Source of the DNA: a virus
Lineage: Duplodnaviria > Caudoviricetes
DNA length: 45,981 nucleotides
Direction: 5' to 3' (one strand)
IMG/VR virus record: IMGVR_UViG_3300024186_000003
Coordinates: 1-45,981 of that record
In this document: positions 8,370-17,040 of the stretch, in pieces
How positions within the stretch are numbered: position 1 is the first letter of the stretch
Layout of the letters: the number at the start of each line of letters is the position of its first letter
Notes under the pieces: model-generated
What the model was told of the DNA's origin: nothing
The model's input: the letters and a program-made list of their open reading frames with translations, nothing else
Database searches by the model: none
Made by a program: the position numbers and the translations under genes

Positions 8370-8560
8370 TGCCTATCGTTACGGGCTCGAACCCAAAAGC
8401 TTTGGTTGGCGGCATGGGTAGCGTGACAGAAACATCACCCCCTCAGACACCGCTTTACCCCTCTACGCTAACAAAAATGGACAAGCCGCCCCGCAAGCCG
8501 CCGAAGATCAAGAAGAAGGCGTTTGGCCCTTCGGCTTATGGCGCGGCGTTTAAGAAATAG
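8369..8560 (+). CDS. Hypothetical Pro/Lys-rich protein
   Basis: TAATG coupling inside the late operon. Confidence 0.55.
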   Translation: MPIVTGSNPKALVGGMGSVTETSPPQTPLYPSTLTKMDKPPRKPPKIKKKAFGPSAYGAAFKK

Positions 8561-8562
8561 CC

Positions 8563-8952
8563 ATGGCCGCTGAAACTACACCGAACGAACACCGAAATCT
8601 TGGTAAGCCTTGGCAGCCCGGTCAGTCAGGCAATCCTGCCGGACGCCCAAAGGGTTCGCGTAACAAGCTAGCCGAAGATTTTGTTGCTGCGCTCTATGAC
8701 GACTTCCTTGAGAACGGCAACGCCGCGATCAAGGAATGCCGTGCCAAGTCGCCTGAAACATACGTGAAGGTAATCGCTGGCCTGTTGCCGAAGGAAATGC
8801 ACATCAAGGAAAGCCCGTTAGAGGAAATGAGTGACGACGACATTAGAAGCGCGCTTGCCAGAATCGCTGCGCTCCGAGCTGCACTCCTTGGAACTGACGG
8901 AACGCAGGCTTTCCGAGATACTGGCGAAGCGGAAGTCAGAAAACCGAATTGA
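8563..8952 (+). CDS. terS: Terminase small subunit (DUF5681-like)
   Basis: WQPGQSGNPAGRPKGSRNKL motif directly upstream of TerL. Confidence 0.8.
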   Translation: MAAETTPNEHRNLGKPWQPGQSGNPAGRPKGSRNKLAEDFVAALYDDFLENGNAAIKECRAKSPETYVKVIAGLLPKEMHIKESPLEEMSDDDIRSALARIAALRAALLGTDGTQAFRDTGEAEVRKPN

Positions 8953-9571
8953 CTGGTACTACCCCGACACTGGACCGCTGCGGCGTGAACTATACGCCAA
9001 ACATCTAGAGTTCTTTCGGGCTGGCGCCGTTCATCGCGAACGCTGCATGTTGGCAGCAAACCGCATCGGTAAGACTGAAGGCGTCGGCGGTTACGAGACT
9101 TCACTACACCTGACCGGCGAATATCCTGATTGGTGGGAAGGCAGGCGGTTTGACCATCCTATTGAAGCCTGGGCAGCCGGCGATACCTCGCAAACCGTCC
9201 GCGATATCATTCAGGCGAAGCTCCTCGGGCCTATTGGTGCCTACGGAACAGGACTTATCCGCAAGCGGTGCATCGTCCGCACCACGGCAAGACAGGGCAT
9301 CCCTGACGCCGTTCAAGACGTTTACGTCAAACACAAAAGCGGGGGCACGAGCTTCCTAACGCTCAAGAGCTACGACCAGCGGCGCGCGAGCTTTCAGGGC
9401 ACGTCCAAGCACGTTATCTGGCTGGACGAAGAATCGGACCTGGGCGTCTATTCTGAATGCCTATTGCGAACCATGACCACGAATGGTCTGGTGCTTTGCA
9501 CATTTACGCCGCTCTTGGGATTGTCTGATGTGGTTATGTCCTACATGCCGGAAGGTCGAATGCCGCAATGA
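8831..9571 (+). CDS. terL: Terminase large subunit, N-terminal ATPase part (P22 gp2-like)
   Basis: Walker A AANRIGKT, Walker B VIWLDEE, coupling motif TFTP. Confidence 0.9.
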   Translation: MTTTLEARLPESLRSELHSLELTERRLSEILAKRKSENRIDWYYPDTGPLRRELYAKHLEFFRAGAVHRERCMLAANRIGKTEGVGGYETSLHLTGEYPDWWEGRRFDHPIEAWAAGDTSQTVRDIIQAKLLGPIGAYGTGLIRKRCIVRTTARQGIPDAVQDVYVKHKSGGTSFLTLKSYDQRRASFQGTSKHVIWLDEESDLGVYSECLLRTMTTNGLVLCTFTPLLGLSDVVMSYMPEGRMPQ

Positions 9572-10305
9572 GCAAGCATTTGACTATGGCTGGATGGGAT
9601 GACGTTCCGCATCTAGACGAGAAAACCAAGACAGAGCTTTATCGATCTATCCCGCCCTATCAACGTGACGCGCGCTCGAAAGGCATACCGCAGTTAGGGT
9701 CCGGTGCGATCTACCCGGTTCCTGAGACTGAAATAACCTGCGACCCATTCGAGATACCGAAATACTGGCCGCGCTGTTACGCTCTGGACGTTGGCTGGAA
9801 TAGAACGGCTGCCTTGTGGGGCGCCTGGAATCAGGATGACGACACGGTTTACCTGTACGCCGAGCATTACCGGGCACATGCAGAGCCGTCAGTTCATGCA
9901 ACATCGATCAGGGCTAAAGGGCGTTGGATACCTGGCGTCATTGATCCTGCCGCGCGCGGGCGTTCTCAGCGGGATGGTGAGCAGCTAATACAGGACTACA
10001 TCGATCTTGGGCTATTGCTTACGCCAGCCGATAATGCAGTTGAATCGGGCCTGTATGCGGTATGGGAGCGTTTGAGCGGCGGCAGGCTGTTTGTGTTCAA
10101 GTCATTGCAGAACTGGCTTGCGGAGTTTCGGATTTACCGGCGCGATGAAAAGGGCCGCATTGTGAAGGCCAATGATCACTTGATGGACGATACGCGGTAT
10201 TTGATCCAGAGCGGCTTACAGGTCGCCATTCGCGAGCCGAAGGAAGAAGATTTCTATGACCGTGAGTGGACGAATGCCACGCGCTCGGACGTGACGGGTT
10301 ATTGA
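9568..10305 (+). CDS. terL: Terminase large subunit, C-terminal lid and RNase H-like nuclease part
   Basis: GWDDVPHL...RSKGIP.LGSG.IY, ALDVGW, IDPA and NDHLMDDTRY motifs. Confidence 0.88.
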   Translation: MSKHLTMAGWDDVPHLDEKTKTELYRSIPPYQRDARSKGIPQLGSGAIYPVPETEITCDPFEIPKYWPRCYALDVGWNRTAALWGAWNQDDDTVYLYAEHYRAHAEPSVHATSIRAKGRWIPGVIDPAARGRSQRDGEQLIQDYIDLGLLLTPADNAVESGLYAVWERLSGGRLFVFKSLQNWLAEFRIYRRDEKGRIVKANDHLMDDTRYLIQSGLQVAIREPKEEDFYDREWTNATRSDVTGY

Positions 10306-12464
10306 TGGCAAATGCGCTCGCACTTGTGCCGCCTGATGATGCGGCCGGCGAAGCTACGCCAGATATTCAGCAGCATCAAAAGCTGCTTGGCTGGATCAAG
10401 TCCATCAACATAGCGGAGGATTTGGACGCCGATCTATTGAGCAAGATCGGGGAACGGGTTGTTCGCGAATATGAGATTGACGAAAACTCCCGTTCAGATT
10501 GGAAAACGAAAACCGAGCAGGCCATGGACTTGGCCATGCAGGTTGCCAAGGAAAAGCAGTTCCCTTGGCCGAAGGCTGCGAACGTCATCTACCCGCTGAT
10601 GACTACGGCGAGCATTCAGTTTGCGGCGCGTGCTTATCCGGCGATTGTGGCCAATCGATCGGTTGTCAAAGGCGTGGTGATTGGGCCTGACGAGGGGCAG
10701 CCAGCCATTGATCCGCAGACCGGGCAGCCGGCAGTTCAGCCGGGGCCGAACGGTCAGCCCATGCCTGTCTGGGCTGTGCCGCCTGGGTCAAAGCAAATAC
10801 GCGCCGATCAAATTGGCGAGCATATGTCATGGCAGCTCCTTGACGAGCAGACCGAATGGGAGCCGGAAACCGATGCCATGTTGCACATCCTGCCGATTGT
10901 GGGGTGTGATTTTCGTAAGAGCTACTTTGATCCGGGTAAAGGCCGCAATGCCTCGCTGCGCGTGACAGCGATGAACTTGGTCATCAACTACAAGGCCAAG
11001 TCGCTTGAGACAGCACCGCGCATTACCGAGGAAATCAACTACTACCCGCTTGAAATTGAGGAGATGGAACGGGCCGGCCTGTTCTGTACGCCAGAGCAGC
11101 CTTACGGAACGGCTGACGATGCTCAGGACGGCGACGAAGATGCACCGCATATGTTCCTTGAGCAGCATCGTTGGTGGGATTTGGACGAGGACAAGTACCC
11201 CGAGCCGTATATCGTCACGGTCCACAAGAAAACCCGCAAGGTGGTGCGGATTGTCGCGCGGTATGACGCAGACGGGATTCATTTCAGCGGGCAGACGCAC
11301 AAGATCGTCAAGATCGATCCCGTTCATTACTACACGAAGTACGATTTTCTGCCGAACCCGGATGGCGGGATTTATGGGGTTGGCTTTGGTCAATTGCTTC
11401 GCCCGATAAATGAAGCGGTCAACACGGCGCTAAACCAGCTTATTGATGCCGGCACACTGGCGAATACGGGCGGCGGCTTCATCGGCAAGGGCCTGTCCAT
11501 GAATGCCGGTGCAATCCGGTTCATGATGGGTGAATACAAGGTTGTGAACGTAGCCGGCGGGACGTTGCGGGAGAACATCGTTCCCATGCAATGGCCGGGG
11601 CCGTCAGCTGTGCTATTTAACCTGCTGGGAATGCTGGTTGAGGCTGGCAAGGAAGTTGCGGCCGTCAAGGACGTTCTAACCGGCGACACGGGCAAGAACG
11701 CGAATATCCCGGCAACGACTACGCTTGCCTTGATCGAGCAGGGACTGAAGGTTTTCACGGCGATTTACAAGCGCATTCATAGGGCGCTTAAGTCCGAACT
11801 GAACAAACTCTACCGGCTCAATCGCATCTACGGCGATGAAAAGTCGCAGTACAAAGTTGGCGATACCTGGAAGGTTATCAGCAAGCAGGATTACGTTTTA
11901 GGGTCCGGTGTTGAGCCTGTGTCTGACCCGACGATGGTTTCTGACATGCAGCGGTTGGGCCGCGCCCAGTTCCTGATGCAATTCGCCAATGATCCGCTGT
12001 GCGATTCTCACGAAATCCGCCAGCGAATTTTCAGCGCGGCCAGTATCGACAATATCGACAAGGTTCTGAAAACATCAGCGCCTCCCAATCCTGCCATTGC
12101 CATCAAGGGGATGGAACTTGAGATCAGGGACCGTGAAGTGGCTGCGTCAACGAGCGCGAAAAAGGCGACCGAACTTAAAGACCTGTCTCAAGCCATTCTT
12201 AATCTTGCGAACGCTGATGCTGCTGTCGGTGATGCACATCTGCAATGGCTTAACGCCCAACTATCCGTTTGGGAAAAGCAGTTCGATGCAGCCAACGCCC
12301 CGCAAGGCGAGGCAGGACAACCGGCTGGCGCGCCCGCTCCCGGCTCGCCTGCGCCGCCTGCTCTACCGCATCCTATGGCCATGCCAAATCCGACCCAACC
12401 AAACAGTGAGCCGACCGTCAACATTCACAACCCGGCCGCGTCTCTTGGGGTAGTCGGGCAGTGA
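10305..12464 (+). CDS. Portal protein
   Basis: About 720 aa, follows terminase; FPWPKAANVIYP, FAARA and YGVGFG motifs; TGATG-coupled start. Confidence 0.88.
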   Translation: MANALALVPPDDAAGEATPDIQQHQKLLGWIKSINIAEDLDADLLSKIGERVVREYEIDENSRSDWKTKTEQAMDLAMQVAKEKQFPWPKAANVIYPLMTTASIQFAARAYPAIVANRSVVKGVVIGPDEGQPAIDPQTGQPAVQPGPNGQPMPVWAVPPGSKQIRADQIGEHMSWQLLDEQTEWEPETDAMLHILPIVGCDFRKSYFDPGKGRNASLRVTAMNLVINYKAKSLETAPRITEEINYYPLEIEEMERAGLFCTPEQPYGTADDAQDGDEDAPHMFLEQHRWWDLDEDKYPEPYIVTVHKKTRKVVRIVARYDADGIHFSGQTHKIVKIDPVHYYTKYDFLPNPDGGIYGVGFGQLLRPINEAVNTALNQLIDAGTLANTGGGFIGKGLSMNAGAIRFMMGEYKVVNVAGGTLRENIVPMQWPGPSAVLFNLLGMLVEAGKEVAAVKDVLTGDTGKNANIPATTTLALIEQGLKVFTAIYKRIHRALKSELNKLYRLNRIYGDEKSQYKVGDTWKVISKQDYVLGSGVEPVSDPTMVSDMQRLGRAQFLMQFANDPLCDSHEIRQRIFSAASIDNIDKVLKTSAPPNPAIAIKGMELEIRDREVAASTSAKKATELKDLSQAILNLANADAAVGDAHLQWLNAQLSVWEKQFDAANAPQGEAGQPAGAPAPGSPAPPALPHPMAMPNPTQPNSEPTVNIHNPAASLGVVGQ

Positions 12465-12742
12465 TCCCGAAAGAGCAATATCAGGAATGGCGTCATCATC
12501 CGGTCAGTAAGGTTGTCTTGCAGTTCCTGAGAGACAAGCAGGAATATCTAAAGGCTGCTGCGTTGGACCATTGGGTGAATGGCAGCCAATCGTTTGCCAG
12601 CATCAACGAAGTTGTCAGAGGACAAATCGTTGAGCTTGGCGAGATAGCCGATCTGCAATTTGAGGCAATCGAAGCGTTCTACCAGGAAAAGGAAGCCAAT
12701 GCCACCAGTTCCGCCGACACCGACAGCAGAGACAATATTTAA
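12461..12742 (+). CDS. Conserved small head-module protein
   Basis: EWRHHPVSK...RGQI; coupled to the portal gene. Confidence 0.65.
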   Translation: MIPKEQYQEWRHHPVSKVVLQFLRDKQEYLKAAALDHWVNGSQSFASINEVVRGQIVELGEIADLQFEAIEAFYQEKEANATSSADTDSRDNI

Positions 12743-12872
12743 CTTTCTATCCGAAATGAAAACAGGGAGTTACGAGCTTAATGTTTCGGATATTATGATG
12801 GCCGTTTTAGCTACAGAAGGGGCCAGTTATTTCCAATGTGGAAATAAAATAATTACTATCAGGAAGAAATAG
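12699..12872 (+). CDS. Hypothetical protein
   Basis: AT-richer ORF filling the gap before GroES; AGGA RBS. Confidence 0.4.
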   Translation: MPPVPPTPTAETIFNFLSEMKTGSYELNVSDIMMAVLATEGASYFQCGNKIITIRKK

Positions 12873-12875
12873 CAA

Positions 12876-13259
12876 ATGCAGCCCAAGGTGTTGAAGCAAG
12901 TCCACGCTGAGTTCACGCCAGCGATCTACAACGGAGTTAACACGTCAGGCTGGCTACCGATTGGCGATTATGTTCTGGTACGTCCCGATACCGTCGCATC
13001 AAAGACAAGCGGCAATGTCGAGATACCGGACGATATCGTTGAGCGTCTCGAACTGGCGGCCATTACCGGCGTGATTGTCGAATGCGGGGACGAGGCGTTC
13101 AAATGGAATGCCGACCGCAGCCGACCCTTTGAAGGCCGCAAGCCCAAGGATGGTGATCGAGTCATATTCGAGAAATACGCAGGCAAGCCAATTCTTGGCA
13201 TCGATGGTGCGAGTTACCGCATCATGGACGACAAGGCGATTGGAGGTATCAAGAAATGA
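12876..13259 (+). CDS. groES: GroES/Cpn10-like co-chaperonin
   Basis: PIGDYVLVR...KTSGNVEIPD...G.IV..G...K.GDRVIFEKYAG..I...Y.IM.D..I.G. Confidence 0.85.
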   Translation: MQPKVLKQVHAEFTPAIYNGVNTSGWLPIGDYVLVRPDTVASKTSGNVEIPDDIVERLELAAITGVIVECGDEAFKWNADRSRPFEGRKPKDGDRVIFEKYAGKPILGIDGASYRIMDDKAIGGIKK

Positions 13260-14077
13260 GCGACGTTCACGCGGCGGAAGACGACCAAGTTACGATTGAG
13301 CCGAACGAGACCGAGGCGAAGGCCCGGCGCCTGGGTTGGGTGCCGAAAGAAGAATTTCGCGGTGATGCCGATCGCTGGCGTCCCGCTGAGGAGTTCCTTG
13401 AGCGCGGCGAGCGCATCCTGCCGCTGGTGCTCAAGGACAACGACCGGCTACACGCTCGCCTGTCAGGGCTTGAAACCGAACTGAGGGAAACCAAGGAGGC
13501 CTCCAAGGAGCTTCTTGCGTTTACCTCCAAGGCTGAGGAGCGCGCCTACAACCGCGCCAAGGCTGAGATTGAAGGGCGGATTGAAGCTGCGGCTTCGACT
13601 GCCGACCCGAATGCCGTTCGGCAGGGAATGCGCGAACTGGACGCTCTGAACGCCGAGCATAAGCGGCCCGAGCCTAAGACCGAACAGCAAAAGCAGCCTG
13701 CCGTTGCGGTTGACCCTGAAATTCAGGACTGGATCAACAAAGAGGATTGGTTCCGAAAGTCTCCCGCTCTGAACACATACGCCACGGAAGTCTTTGGCGA
13801 GATCGAACGCGCCAGTCCGGGAATGACCAAATCCCAGATGCTGGCGGAAACCAAGCGCCGCACGGTCGAGAAATTCCCGGAAAAGTTTGGCATCAACCCG
13901 GCGCGCGAGAATGCCCCGGCTGTTGGTTCGCCTAACGGCGTGGTTGCCCGCAAGTCCAAGGCCAAGACATATGAGGACTTGCCGGCTGAGGCCAAGAGGG
14001 CTTGCGACAAGTTCGTGCGAACCATTCCCGGTTACACGCGGGACAAGTACGTCAAAGATTATGACTGGGACAATTGA
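13256..14077 (+). CDS. Capsid scaffolding protein
   Basis: Charged coiled-coil; ARRLGWVPKEEF motif; lies between portal and capsid. Confidence 0.7.
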   Translation: MSDVHAAEDDQVTIEPNETEAKARRLGWVPKEEFRGDADRWRPAEEFLERGERILPLVLKDNDRLHARLSGLETELRETKEASKELLAFTSKAEERAYNRAKAEIEGRIEAAASTADPNAVRQGMRELDALNAEHKRPEPKTEQQKQPAVAVDPEIQDWINKEDWFRKSPALNTYATEVFGEIERASPGMTKSQMLAETKRRTVEKFPEKFGINPARENAPAVGSPNGVVARKSKAKTYEDLPAEAKRACDKFVRTIPGYTRDKYVKDYDWDN

Positions 14078-14086
14078 GGAAAAGTC

Positions 14087-14596
14087 ATGGAACCGGAAAT
14101 CAAGCGAGGGCCAGGTCGGCCGCCGAAGTATCACGAGCAGCATCAGCAGCACATTGAGAAGATTATAGACAGGCAAACTGATGCTGCCGAGCCTGTCGTC
14201 ATGCCCGACGTTAATCCGCGTCCAGTCCGTCCCAATCGTAAGCCGTTTGGCACCACAGAGCTTAAGCTGTCCTACCCCGAACGGCCAGGATACCACAGGC
14301 ATTGGTTCAACGACGTTCCCGGCCGCATCCAGCGCGCAGAGGAAGCCGGCTACGAGCACGTCAAAGACAAGGAAGGAAAGAACGTCAACAAGATCGTGGG
14401 AACCGCCGAAGGTGGTGGACCTCTCACGGCTTTCTTGATGGAAATACCCGAGGAATGGTTCAAGGCAGACATGGCCGAGCAGCAGAAACTTGTTGACGAG
14501 CGCGAGCAGTCAATGAGGCGCGGCGAATTAGAGAGTCAAGAAGGAGATGGCCGCTATGTCCCCAAGCAGGGGATTAGTATCAAGCACGGCCGCTAA
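14087..14596 (+). CDS. Conserved head-module protein
   Basis: PGYHRHWFND..GRI..A..AGY..V...LMEIPEEW motif. Confidence 0.7.
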   Translation: MEPEIKRGPGRPPKYHEQHQQHIEKIIDRQTDAAEPVVMPDVNPRPVRPNRKPFGTTELKLSYPERPGYHRHWFNDVPGRIQRAEEAGYEHVKDKEGKNVNKIVGTAEGGGPLTAFLMEIPEEWFKADMAEQQKLVDEREQSMRRGELESQEGDGRYVPKQGISIKHGR

Positions 14597-14673
14597 TCTC
14601 CACTAACAATTCCGATCAATAATCGTGAGCGGCTAGCCCGCTTGCGTGCCATTTCACATGGGGGTCCTACCCT

Positions 14674-15273
14674 ATGGCAAATCCTAACACCCCTCGGGGT
14701 ATTATTCCGTACAAGTACACGAACGGAGCACCGTACAACGGCGCAGTTAATATCTATGCCGTTGCCAGCGACTACGGTACCGCTCTGTACGTGGGAGACC
14801 CGCTGACGCCGACCGGCGCATCGGATGCCAACGGCATTCCGTATGTGCAGATCGCAACGGCTGGTTCCGCTGCATACATCCTCGGCTCCTTTGTCGGTAT
14901 CGTTGACGGCGGCAATCCCGTCGTTGCGGTCACGCAAGGGCTGCCGATCTACCACCCTGCCAGCACCTTGCAATACATCCTCGTGGCTGACGATCCGAAC
15001 CTTCTGTTCTGGGTTCAGGAAGATAGCGCGGGCGGTTCAATCGCGATGGCGACGGCCGGCATGAAGAATGCCGATCTTGTCGCAGGTAGCGGCTCTACCG
15101 TTACGGGCTATTCCGGCTGGATGCTCGATTCCAGCACGATTAACACCACGAACACCTTGCAGGTCCGTCTGATTGGCGGTCTTCAGGAAGCAGACAACAC
15201 CATGGGCAGCACGAATGCCAAATGGCTTGTCAGGCTCAACCTGGACACCATCACTCACACGACCGGCGTATAA
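14674..15273 (+). CDS. Putative capsid decoration/minor capsid protein
   Basis: MANPNTPRG..P...Y..A.Y.GD...VADDP..F.VQ; immediately before the major capsid gene. Confidence 0.65.
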   Translation: MANPNTPRGIIPYKYTNGAPYNGAVNIYAVASDYGTALYVGDPLTPTGASDANGIPYVQIATAGSAAYILGSFVGIVDGGNPVVAVTQGLPIYHPASTLQYILVADDPNLLFWVQEDSAGGSIAMATAGMKNADLVAGSGSTVTGYSGWMLDSSTINTTNTLQVRLIGGLQEADNTMGSTNAKWLVRLNLDTITHTTGV

Positions 15274-15289
15274 GGAAAGGATGTAGCAC

Positions 15290-16198
15290 ATGGCTGTCAT
15301 TACAACTGGCGCACATCCTAAAGCTCTATGGCCGGGCATCAAGGAATGGTGGGGCCGCTCCTACGCGGAGCACATGCCGGAGTTTCCCGATCTATTCGAC
15401 ACGGAAACCTCCGATAAAGCCTACGAAGAAGATGTTGAGATTACCGGCTTTGGATTGGCTCCGGTCAAGAACCAAGGCACGGCGATCAATTACGACATCG
15501 AATCGCAAGGCTCCGTCACGCGCTACACGCACGTTGCGTATGCGCTTGGCTATATTGTGACGTTCGAGGAGCTGCGGGACGATCTCTATGAGGTTGTTTC
15601 GAAGCGACGCGCCAAACAATTGGCGTTCTCGATGCGTCAGACCAAGGAGAATGTCGCGGCTAACGTCTATAACCGCGCGTTCACGTCTGGTTTCACGGGC
15701 GGCGACGGTCAGGTCATGATCGCTTCCACCCATCCCTCGCTTTCGGGAAGCCAATCGAACCTGTTGACCAATGCTGCGGACCTGTCGGAACTTGCAATCG
15801 AGGACCTGTGCATTCAGGTTATGCAGGTTACGAACAACCGTGGCCTGAAGGTCAATCTGATGCCGCAGTCGCTGAACATCCCTGTTCAGCTCTGGTACGA
15901 GGCTAACCGCATTTTGAAGTCGGTGTTGCAGTCGGATACGGCCAACAACAACATCAACGTGCTGAAAGCCACGAATGCCTTCCCGAAAGGCATCAAGATG
16001 AACCACTACTTCTCGTCCGCTACGGCGTGGTTCATCCGCACCAACTGCCCGACCGGCCTCAAGCACTACGAACGCGATGCGATCATGTTCGATCAGGATA
16101 ACGACTTCGATACCAAGAACGCGAAAGCGGCTTGCTATGAGCGTTATTCGTTCGGCTGGTCGGATTGGCGCGGCGTGTTCGGTACGCCCGGCGTCTAG
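15290..16198 (+). CDS. Major capsid protein (HK97 fold, Mu gpT-like family)
   Basis: LWPGI...SDKAYEE....GFGLAPVK.QG..I.YD...ERYSFGWSDWRGVFGTPG; strong RBS; followed by a terminator. Confidence 0.9.
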   Translation: MAVITTGAHPKALWPGIKEWWGRSYAEHMPEFPDLFDTETSDKAYEEDVEITGFGLAPVKNQGTAINYDIESQGSVTRYTHVAYALGYIVTFEELRDDLYEVVSKRRAKQLAFSMRQTKENVAANVYNRAFTSGFTGGDGQVMIASTHPSLSGSQSNLLTNAADLSELAIEDLCIQVMQVTNNRGLKVNLMPQSLNIPVQLWYEANRILKSVLQSDTANNNINVLKATNAFPKGIKMNHYFSSATAWFIRTNCPTGLKHYERDAIMFDQDNDFDTKNAKAACYERYSFGWSDWRGVFGTPGV

Positions 16199-16213
16199 AC
16201 CTCCCGACGACTT

Positions 16214-16244
16214 CCCCACGGTCAGCAATGGCCGTGGGGCTTTT
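16214..16244 (+). terminator. Intrinsic terminator after the capsid gene
   Basis: ccccacggtc-agcaat-ggccgtgggg-ctttt. Confidence 0.7.
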
Positions 16245-16265
16245 CAGGCAAAGCACAAGTGAGAC

Positions 16266-16991
16266 ATGGCCCCAAAGATATTTGTGGCATTGCCAGCCTA
16301 TGGCAGAACGAATGTTTCCGACACGACAGGCGCGCTCTACGAACTAGGCGCGACTTTCGGCGCTAACGGGATTTACGGCGGCTTCGCAACGGCCTCTCAT
16401 ACCAACATCGGGCAGTTGCGGAACGTGTTTCTGACCGCGTTCTACGACAAGACGGACGCCACGCACATTCTGATGACCGATGCGGACATGCGATTCCGCG
16501 CGCTGCTCGTCATGGAGATGATCAAGTTCAACCAGCCAGTTGTTGGGGTGGTTTACCGCAAGAAATCGCCTTCAGTCGAATGGGTCGGGCGCGGGTTGCC
16601 GGAAAATCCAGAGCCGGTTGACGGATTTCTTGAAATGGCCGGGGTTGGTGGTGGGTTACTGCTCATTAGCAGGCCGTGCGTTGAGGAAATGGTCAGGAAA
16701 TTCCCTGAATTGGTTGACGACCGCCCTCCGCACAGGCAGCCGGCAAAGGTTCAGGTCGAAACGGCAAAGATTGACCGTGTGTTTAGGTTTTTTGATCCGC
16801 TGCAGAACGAATTTGGCGACGAACTGAGCGAGGATTTGTCGTTTTGCGAGCGATGGCGATCAATCGGCGGAAAAGTTTACGCGAATATCCAGCATCCGAT
16901 CACTCACATCGGAATGGCTGACTTCGGCGGCTCATATCAACAGCATCTAGCGTCGCGTGCGACAAAACCCACTGTGTCCCTGGCCGGGTAA
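16266..16991 (+). CDS. GT-A fold glycosyltransferase-like protein
   Basis: IFVALPAY, RN.....F.....THILMTDADM (DxD), GGGLLLISR, LSEDLSFCERW and THIG motifs. Confidence 0.8.
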   Translation: MAPKIFVALPAYGRTNVSDTTGALYELGATFGANGIYGGFATASHTNIGQLRNVFLTAFYDKTDATHILMTDADMRFRALLVMEMIKFNQPVVGVVYRKKSPSVEWVGRGLPENPEPVDGFLEMAGVGGGLLLISRPCVEEMVRKFPELVDDRPPHRQPAKVQVETAKIDRVFRFFDPLQNEFGDELSEDLSFCERWRSIGGKVYANIQHPITHIGMADFGGSYQQHLASRATKPTVSLAG

Positions 16992-17040
16992 GCGGAGGTT
17001 CGAATCTCTCCGGGCACTCATGACATAAAGGACGACGACT

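Noticed and set aside
13463-16228. Long antisense ORFs (298 aa, 278 aa) opposite scaffold and capsid
   Set aside because: Expected mirror frames of GC-rich, codon-biased genes.
16976-17020. Functional tRNA gene
   Set aside because: No cloverleaf, anticodon arm or CCA; no complete tRNA was seen anywhere in the window.
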